The notes under the pieces: model-generated
What the model was told of the DNA's origin: nothing
The model's input: the letters and a program-made list of their open reading frames with translations, nothing else
Database searches by the model: none
NCBI GenBank assembly: GCA_016218965.1
Contig: JACRCP010000150.1
Location: 12,316-76,315 of the forward strand
Length of the DNA stretch: 64,000 nt
Origin: Deltaproteobacteria bacterium
GTDB taxonomy: Bacteria; Myxococcota; SpSt-1050; JACRCP01
Direction: 5' to 3'
In this document: in pieces, positions 57,033 to 64,000 of the stretch
Numbering within the stretch: the first letter of the stretch is position 1
Layout of the letters: each line of letters starts with the position of its first letter
Translations under genes and position numbers: made by a program

Positions 57033-58169
57033 CTACAGCACCGTGCACGCAAACTCGACGAAGAGGCGGCCGGTGTCGCCTTGCGTGACGGCGGTGCAGG
57101 TGGAGTCGCAGAGGGTGAGAAACCGGGGATTTCCCGGATCGTCAAGGTACCATCCGTGTCCGCCGTTGCATCCGGCCTCGTCGCCGACGTTGGCGAAGAA
57201 CACCTCGCCGCTCCCGTCGTCGGGGACGAACCGCACCAGCGCACGATCTTTGGCAATCGAGTCGCGGGCGGGGACCTCGAACTCGCAGTCCAAGGCGCTT
57301 CGCCGCACTTGCGTCAGCGCGGCAAGGAACGATGCCTCGGGGTCGCCGCTGGTGTCCACGAGGATGGCGTGCCCCGTGCCGCCCGCCGCCGCGATCCTGT
57401 CCAGCGCGTTGAGGTCCTTGCCTACTCCTATCACGAAGGTCTTGACTGTCGGTTCGTCAAGCTGCGCCTTGCTTGCGACCGTCAAGACGTTCTCCAGGCT
57501 GTTCGGAAGCCCGTCGCTCACGGCAAGGCACGTGTCGTCGGGCACGCCGTCGGTCGCCAGCACCACCACGGCCCTCCGATCGGAGTTGCCGGGACTCCCG
57601 AGCCACGATTTGACGTACCCGGTCACTCCTTCGAGCACCTGCACCGTCGGCGTGCCGCCGGCCATCTGCTGGCGATCCAGCGAATCGGCGACCGCCTGCG
57701 CCGTTTCGGCCTGCCGGCCGCCACCGCCGAGAATCCCAATCGGCAGGGCCGGCGTCCCGTAGGCGCCCACGCTGCACTGCATTCGCAGCGGGAAGTACTG
57801 GAGACCCACGCCCAGCCCCGCGAACTGCGGGTCGTGGACGAATGATTTTAACGCCGACTTCACCGAAACCCACTTCCGGTCGTAGTCCATCGAATACGAG
57901 ACGTCGAGGACGATCATCATATCCAGCGGGTGGAGCTTGACCTCGCGGTTTTCGGACCCGCACACGGCGCCGAAACCCGCGTCCGCCTGCGCGCCTCCGC
58001 CATCGATGACGGACGCGTCGGCGGCCGCCCGTCCGGCCGCGTCAGCGCCCGTCGCAGCGCCGTCCCCGACCCAGGCACCGTCAGCCGCCTCTTCTCCGAC
58101 CGGGCTCGAACCGCACGCGGCCGCGCACGTGACGAACACGACAACGATGATACGTTCGGTGGTGTGCAT
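57033..58169 (-). CDS. Myxobacterial-type vWA-domain lipoprotein
   Basis: Lipobox AAAC; MIDAS DVSYS, TPT and LATDG; C-terminal C...GWY....LC..TC; start MHTTER. Confidence 0.85.
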   Translation of the reverse strand: MHTTERIIVVVFVTCAAACGSSPVGEEAADGAWVGDGAATGADAAGRAAADASVIDGGGAQADAGFGAVCGSENREVKLHPLDMMIVLDVSYSMDYDRKWVSVKSALKSFVHDPQFAGLGVGLQYFPLRMQCSVGAYGTPALPIGILGGGGRQAETAQAVADSLDRQQMAGGTPTVQVLEGVTGYVKSWLGSPGNSDRRAVVVLATDGVPDDTCLAVSDGLPNSLENVLTVASKAQLDEPTVKTFVIGVGKDLNALDRIAAAGGTGHAILVDTSGDPEASFLAALTQVRRSALDCEFEVPARDSIAKDRALVRFVPDDGSGEVFFANVGDEAGCNGGHGWYLDDPGNPRFLTLCDSTCTAVTQGDTGRLFVEFACTVL

Positions 58170-58174
58170 CGCCT

Positions 58175-61100
58175 TCACGCCTTGCAGGTGACCGTGCCGC
58201 CGCACCCGTCCGGGTGAACACCCGGCCCCAGCGCGGGGCAGTCGGCCTGCGTCTTGGGTGTGCATCCACAGCGGCCGGGCGCGCCCCCGCCGCCGCACGT
58301 CATGTGCTGCTGCGTGCAGGGGCAGGTGACGGACAGGCCGCAGTTGCCAATCTCACCGCACTGGTCGCCTTGCCCGCCCGCGGGACAGACCGGCGGCATG
58401 CAGCACGCGTTCTGATGACAGATCTCGGCGCCGCCGCACGCCGAGATCATCGTCCCGCCGCAGCCATCCGGTTTTCCATCATCGCCGCAGTTCGCGGGCG
58501 AATCGGGAACGCAAATGCAGACCCCGCCGCCGCAGTAGGCGTTGTCAAACGGCGCACCCGTCGAGCACGGGCAGGCAAGGAACGTCCCGTCGCCTCTCGG
58601 CCACGACGGGTTGGCCTGGTCCGAACAGGCGTGGCCCTGGGCGCCGTCGGCCCCGTACGAGTCGCAGGTTTCAAGCACGGCGCATACGCCGCTTTTGCAG
58701 TAGTTGCCGGCCACGCAGGGGCGGGGGACATCGGTGTCTGTGCAGTCGTCGTGGACGGGGGTGCAGGGGTCGCCGACGTCGCCTTTGGGGATTGGCGGCG
58801 GCGTGCAGCACGCGCCCTTGACGGCGCCGCTCACCACGGCGTTGTTCTTGTAGCAGTTTCCCGCCTTGCACTTGCACGTCAGACCGACTGCGTCGCCCGG
58901 GTACCGTGGGAAGTCGGCCGGGTCGTTGCCGTTCGAGCAGGGCTGCCCAACTGCGCCGTTGGCGCCGTAGTCGCTGCACGTCGCGTTGTCCTCGCAGTCC
59001 CCGTCCGCCGGGGCGTTGCAGTGCTTGTTGGCCGGGCAGTTGCACGAAAGGAACGCGTTTGAACAGCTGTTGCGCAGCACCGTGTTGTTACACTTGCCGC
59101 CGCACGAGACGGTGTTGGCGCAGCAGACCCCGACCTCTCCGGCGCCCGCGGTGTGCGGTGGAGACCCGGACACCGAGCAGATCCTGCCGCCGGTGCAGCC
59201 GCACGCGAGCGCGGGCGTCGCGTTGGGGGGCTGCTTGGGCCACGCGGGGTTTGTGTGCGGCGGCGTTGTGCACGGGTCGCCGGCCCTGCCATTGGCGTCG
59301 TAGTCGGCGCAGGTCTTGTTGGGCACGCAGTTGCCGTCCGCCGGCGCGCTGCAGAATTGGCCGGCGGGACAGGGGCAGGTCAAAAGCTGTCCGGTGCAGT
59401 TGTTTTTGAGTTTGGTGTTGTTGCACGTGTTGCCGCACGAAACGGTGTTTTCGCAGCAGGTCCCGATTGCGCACGGGTCGGCGCACCGGCCGCCGATGCA
59501 CTTCTTGCCCCCGCAGTCCGCATCGTCCGAACACGCCGTGCCGCTCACCGTCCCGCAGCCGGTCCCGGAAACCAGCGCCGCGCCGTCCGTGCAATACATC
59601 TGGGCGCCGGAGCACGGGCAGGCAAAAAGCGCGGGCGGCGCGGCCCCGTCGGAGAATGCCGGCCCGTTCGAGCAAATATCCCCCTCCGTGCCGCTGGCAT
59701 TGTAGTTTCCGCACGTCAGGTTGGCATCGCACGCCCCCGTACTGGCGTTGCAGTGCGTCTTGGGATCGGTGCAGGGACATGGGACCTGCGTGCCGTCGCA
59801 ATGGTCGGTGATTGGAGCGCAGGTGTTTTCGGGGCAGGTGTCGGGGACGCAGCAGGCCCCTGCCGTCCAGTCGGCGCCGGACTGTGTGCTGCCGAAGCAT
59901 TGCGCGCCGGATTGCGTGCATGGGCACGCCAGGTTGGCGCCGTCGCCTCCGGGAAAGGCGGGGCTCGGGCCGCCCGAGCAGGGGTTGGGCTCCGCACCGT
60001 CGGTGTACGCGCCGCACGCCCTGTCGGGCTCGCAGGTGTTCGTGGATGTGTTGCAGTGCAGCCCCGGCTCCGTACAGGCGCACGCGATGTCCGATCCGAT
60101 GCAGGCGTTCTTCTTGGTGACGTTGCACTCCAAGGGATCGCACGACACGGTGTTCACGCAACACCGGCCGGTGTCGCCTCCGCTCACCACCGCACCGTCC
60201 TTCATGCAAAGCCCGCTGCCCGTGCAAGGGCAGGTGAGATTCGTGCCGTCGCCCATCGGGAACTCCGAACTTGGCCCGTTTGAGCACACCTCGCCCGCGC
60301 CGCCCGTTGCGCCGAATTCGACGCACCCCGACGGGGGGACGCATGAACCGGTCCGCCCCGGGGTCTGCGTCGAGCAGACCAGCCCCTCCGCGCACGGGCA
60401 GTCGATGGCGCCCGGCAGGCCGTCGGGTCCCGGGCACCCGTCTGGAAGGCCCGTGCCGCACCTCCCCACGTACGGCCGCCGGTCGCAGGTATGCGGAGTG
60501 CACGGGGGCCCGCAGCGACCTTCGGGCCGGCAGACGTGCGCCGGGTCGCTGCACGTCCCGCAGTCGATTCTTCCGCCGCAGACGCTCTCCATGGCGCCGC
60601 ACTCGCGGCCCACGGCCACGCACTCGTCAGGGACCTCGGGAGGATCGCACCGGTTGCCGATGCCGCGCGCGCCGCACCTTGTCCCTTCGGGGCAGTCGCC
60701 GCACGCCGAAAGCCCGCCGCAGCCGTTGCTTATGAACCCGCACTCGGCGCCCTCCGCCGCGCACCGCTCCGCGTCCGGCGGGGGGACGCACCGCGGCTCG
60801 CAGACGTTGAACGCCGTGTTGCAGACCTTTCCCTCGGGACAGTCGCCGCACCTGATCACATTCGCGAAGGGCCCGCAACCCAGCCATGCCTCGCCGCACT
60901 CGTAGCCGAGGTCCGCGCAGGTCGGATTGGAACACGCAACGCAGAGGTGGGAGTTCCGATCGCACTCCGTCAGAGGATCGTCGCAGTCGCCGCAGTCCAG
61001 CCGCTGTCCGCAACTGTTTCGCACCGGGCCGCACTGGGCGCCCAGCGCCGCGCAGTCGGCGGCCGGCACGACGCACATGTGCGCCTCGAGGTTGCAGACG

Positions 61101-61477
61101 AGGCCAGCGGCGCACGCGCCGCACTGGTCGTACAAGCCGGAACAGGGGTTTCGAACTGGCCCGCAAAGATCGGTGCAGTCGGCAGGCGCGCAGCCGGCAT
61201 CGACAGGTCCGGCGTCCACCGAATCTGCTCCGGTGTCCAAAACGCCGCCCGTGTCGCTCCCGTCCCGGCCCGGACCGGCATCGGCTTGCGCGCCCGCGTC
61301 TCCACCTGGAATGGCCGGGACATCGAGGTCGCCGGCCCCCGCGTCGTTTGCGGCCGGATCCCCCGTGTCGCCGCCGACCGTCAGCGCCGACTCGCCCCAA
61401 CTGCACGCGACGCCGCAAACCGCGAGACACAGGGGCAAAAGGTGTTGGCACCGAAAGCCGGCGCGGTGTCTACGCAT
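58175..61477 (-). CDS. Large cysteine-rich repeat lipoprotein
   Basis: Lipobox GVAC, DAG linker, C..CG...NGCGG...CG.C repeats, then six ~100 aa Cys repeats; start MRRHR after GGAGG and downstream of a sigma54 site. Confidence 0.82.
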   Translation of the reverse strand: MRRHRAGFRCQHLLPLCLAVCGVACSWGESALTVGGDTGDPAANDAGAGDLDVPAIPGGDAGAQADAGPGRDGSDTGGVLDTGADSVDAGPVDAGCAPADCTDLCGPVRNPCSGLYDQCGACAAGLVCNLEAHMCVVPAADCAALGAQCGPVRNSCGQRLDCGDCDDPLTECDRNSHLCVACSNPTCADLGYECGEAWLGCGPFANVIRCGDCPEGKVCNTAFNVCEPRCVPPPDAERCAAEGAECGFISNGCGGLSACGDCPEGTRCGARGIGNRCDPPEVPDECVAVGRECGAMESVCGGRIDCGTCSDPAHVCRPEGRCGPPCTPHTCDRRPYVGRCGTGLPDGCPGPDGLPGAIDCPCAEGLVCSTQTPGRTGSCVPPSGCVEFGATGGAGEVCSNGPSSEFPMGDGTNLTCPCTGSGLCMKDGAVVSGGDTGRCCVNTVSCDPLECNVTKKNACIGSDIACACTEPGLHCNTSTNTCEPDRACGAYTDGAEPNPCSGGPSPAFPGGDGANLACPCTQSGAQCFGSTQSGADWTAGACCVPDTCPENTCAPITDHCDGTQVPCPCTDPKTHCNASTGACDANLTCGNYNASGTEGDICSNGPAFSDGAAPPALFACPCSGAQMYCTDGAALVSGTGCGTVSGTACSDDADCGGKKCIGGRCADPCAIGTCCENTVSCGNTCNNTKLKNNCTGQLLTCPCPAGQFCSAPADGNCVPNKTCADYDANGRAGDPCTTPPHTNPAWPKQPPNATPALACGCTGGRICSVSGSPPHTAGAGEVGVCCANTVSCGGKCNNTVLRNSCSNAFLSCNCPANKHCNAPADGDCEDNATCSDYGANGAVGQPCSNGNDPADFPRYPGDAVGLTCKCKAGNCYKNNAVVSGAVKGACCTPPPIPKGDVGDPCTPVHDDCTDTDVPRPCVAGNYCKSGVCAVLETCDSYGADGAQGHACSDQANPSWPRGDGTFLACPCSTGAPFDNAYCGGGVCICVPDSPANCGDDGKPDGCGGTMISACGGAEICHQNACCMPPVCPAGGQGDQCGEIGNCGLSVTCPCTQQHMTCGGGGAPGRCGCTPKTQADCPALGPGVHPDGCGGTVTCKA

Positions 61478-61518
61478 CGTGTGCACCTCCGACAAGGACA
61501 TCCGGAAGGAGAACAAAC

Positions 61519-61533
61519 GCAAGGCCCGTGCCA
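61519..61533 (-). promoter_or_regulatory. sigma54 promoter of the Cys-rich/vWA operon
   Basis: Minus strand TGGCAC-GGGCC-TTGC, a perfect consensus, 41 bp before the ATG. Confidence 0.8.
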
Positions 61534-61756
61534 CGCACGCGCAATCCGCTGCAAACCGAAAATATGCGGGCAATTCCGGTTGGCTATCTGGCCTGTCGGA
61601 AAAACGGAAGGCGCACCGGCCGGGGCGTCACGCCCCACCCGACAAAAGGCGGCGGGTTCCGCAACGCAGTGGAAAAAAGCGCTTTTTGGGGGGGGACAAC
61701 GGTTTCCTGTCGAGTGGGGTCGGCACCCCCAGCCCGGGGACACGGCCCCCTGGGCC

Positions 61757-63114
61757 TCACTCCCCCCCGCGGTAGAGGCCGTGCTTTTTCAAGAGGTCGC
61801 GGAGCTGCTTCCGGTCCATGCCGGCGGCGCGCGCGGCGGCGGAGAGATTGTCTCCGTGCAAGGCCTTGAGCTTTTGCAGGAACGCCATTTCGAATTCGTC
61901 CAGCGCCGCGAGGCGTCCCTGGCGGAAGTTCTTGCCGCCCGACGCCGCGGCCGCATGGGCGCCCGAGCGCGCCCGTCGCCGGCAATCTCGGGGTCCACAA
62001 CGCCCAGCATCAGGACCCTCTGCACGGCGTTCCGAAGCTCCCGCACGTTGCCCGGCCAGTCGTGCCGCATGAACATCTCGAGGATCTCTTCCGAAAGCTC
62101 TTTCACCTTCCCCCCGCTAAGTTCGCCGGCGAGAAAGCCCGCCAGCAAAGGGACGTCCTCCACACGATCGCGCAGCGGCGGCAGCTTGAGCCTGATCACG
62201 GCCAGCCGGTAGTACAGGTCGTCCCTGAAACGCCCCGCCTCGACCTCGGCACACAGATCCCTGCTCGTGGCGGCAATCACGCGAACATCGACCGCGGAGT
62301 GGCGCACATCACCCAGACGCTTGATCTGCTGGGTCTCAAGCACCCTAAGGAGCTTGGGCTGAAGATCCAGCGGGAGCTCGCCGACCTCGTCGAGGAACAC
62401 GGTCCCCATGTCGGCCGCCTCGAAGGCCCCGGCCCGGTCGGCAACCGCGCCCGTAAACGATCCCTTGCAGTGGCCGAAGAGCTCGCTCTCCATCAGGTGC
62501 GTCGGGACGTTGCCGCAGTCGATCACGACGAACGGCATGTCTTTTCGGGCGCCCTTCTCGTGAAGCGATCGCGCCAGGAGATCCTTGCCGGTCCCCGTCT
62601 CGCCCTCGACAAGCACCGGCGCATCGCTCCCCTCAATGGCCTCCAGCACCGAGTACACCCGCCGCATGGGAAGGCTTGCGCCAAGCAGGCGGCCGTACCG
62701 TTCGCGCGTGGAAACGGGCACGCCGCCGGGACGCTCTAGCGGCAAGAGGTCCACGCTGCAGTTGCCGACGCCAATCCGGGCGCCCACGTGGACCGTTATC
62801 CGAGAGATCCTCTTGCCAAGATACGTCGTCCCGTTCCTGCTCCCGAGGTCCTCGACCAGAATGCCGTCGGGTGTGACGGCGAGCCGCGCGTGCCTTCTGG
62901 AAACGCTTCCGTCCCGGAGGACCAGGTTGCACTCGTCGCCCCTCCCTATGACTGCCTCGCCCGTCTCGAGCCGGAGCGACCGGCCGCCATCCTCGGCAGC
63001 CCCGGCGCTTGCGTAGAGAACACAGCCGCCCGGCGCCGCCCTTTTCAGAATCGGCTCGATCTCCTGCGTCGTGGCCCTCGGCAGGCCGACCTCTGCCGAC
63101 TTTGGATCCTTCAT
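61757..63114 (-). CDS. FHA-domain sigma54 enhancer-binding protein, frameshifted before the Fis HTH
   Basis: FHA ([17 protein letters not shown]), [36 protein letters not shown]; the [25 protein letters not shown] lies in the -1 frame and stops at 61757. Confidence 0.88.
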
Positions 63115-63123
63115 GACGTTCCG

Positions 63124-63152
63124 ATTCTGCGCTGCCGCGCCGCGGATGTCAA
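63124..63152 (-). promoter_or_regulatory. sigma70 promoter, near-leaderless
   Basis: Minus strand TTGACA-17 bp-CAGAAT, 9 nt before the ATG at 63114; no SD. Confidence 0.55.
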
Positions 63153-63230
63153 TTTCGCGGCCGAAACGCGGTGTGCTCATGCGGCCTTGGTAGGCCGACG
63201 AGCGGCCGTCAGGAGACGCCTTTTCAGTTT

Positions 63231-64000
63231 CTACTCGCACCACACCTCCGCCACACCAGCCCAAACGGTCTCGTCAAGGTACACCTTGGCGTTCTGTTTG
63301 AGGGTCGCGGTCTTGACGAAGGCCGCGCCGCAGAAGGTTGCGTTGTTCTTGAACTCCACGCCCGCCAACGGGGCGTACACCAACGCCCGTGTCTCGGTGT
63401 TGTTCACGAACGTGAACTGCTCGCCCGCACTGGTGTTGGTGCCCGCGTAGATGCGGAACATCGGCCCCTCGACTCCGCTCGGGGCAGGCCCTGAGGCGCA
63501 CGGGCTGTCGAGGCGGCTGTTGTTGCTCATCACGAAACTGTGCCGCACGTAGAGGTACACGTCGCCGCCGGTAGCGCCGAGCACGGCGTTGTTGTTCAGG
63601 CGCAGGTGGTCGAAGTAATACTCGCCGGCAGGCAGCGTCGCGTGGGCATTGTTTGGCAGTTCCAGCCCGCCGTTCACGAGGTACGGGGCGATGGCGGGGT
63701 CGGTGGCCAACGCCTCGTTGTCGTTGTGTACTTCCTTCTCGTCGAGCAGGCCCGCAAGGTCATACGTGCACGAGCACGGGGACGGATCAGGCGTCGGATA
63801 CGAGATCGTGCCGTGGATCGTCCCGCCGCCGCTCTTGGTCCCGCCGAGCGTGGCATTGCCCCAGAGGTGCGATTTGATGCCCATGCCAAGATTCCCGCCT
63901 GCGACGACTCCGCCTCGGACTGTGGAGTTGTTTGACATCGAGACATTGCCGTCGGCCCCGACATAGCCGTGGTCGCCCAGCGCGCCGCTCTGGCAGTCCT
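63231..64000 (-). CDS. C-terminal beta-solenoid-like domain of a probably secreted protein, 5'-truncated by the window edge
   Basis: Frame open to the window end; LPAGEYYF, ALVYAP...V.F.N.....GA and repeated xNN turns. Confidence 0.6.
   Translation of the reverse strand, partial: DCQSGALGDHGYVGADGNVSMSNNSTVRGGVVAGGNLGMGIKSHLWGNATLGGTKSGGGTIHGTISYPTPDPSPCSCTYDLAGLLDEKEVHNDNEALATDPAIAPYLVNGGLELPNNAHATLPAGEYYFDHLRLNNNAVLGATGGDVYLYVRHSFVMSNNSRLDSPCASGPAPSGVEGPMFRIYAGTNTSAGEQFTFVNNTETRALVYAPLAGVEFKNNATFCGAAFVKTATLKQNAKVYLDETVWAGVAEVWCE

Overview
GC-rich (roughly two-thirds G+C by eye) bacterial chromosome segment, most consistent with a Myxococcota/deltaproteobacterial genome (MYXO-CTERM protein, FHA-sigma54 activator, Cys-rich and vWA lipoproteins, gspC-N cluster). 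In order: 3' part of a PilY1-type adhesin, a ~160 bp MITE, folC, a three-gene cAMP module (CHASE2 adenylate cyclase, CRP-like protein, class II phosphodiesterase), a ppiD-like PPIase, der/era, a putative operon of a BPI/LBP-like MYXO-CTERM surface protein + REC-GGDEF + FecR protein + HAMP histidine kinase, orphan gcvPB, cyclophilin, a gspCDEFGHIJKLMN type II secretion operon behind a sigma54-type promoter, an amgK/murU-like pair, a FecR lipoprotein, a c-di-AMP (ydaO) riboswitch before a KimA-like transporter, several secreted lipoprotein hydrolases (one apparently a circularly permuted esterase), serS, an ABC-2 exporter, a 3 kb segment bounded by identical 40 bp promoter-containing direct repeats, and an FHA-sigma54 activator with an adjacent sigma54-driven Cys-repeat/vWA operon. 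Best leads: the BPI/LBP-like surface protein coupled to c-di-GMP signalling, the permuted esterase, the c-di-AMP riboswitch and the duplicated promoter cassette. All family calls come from motif recognition by eye; no database searches were run.
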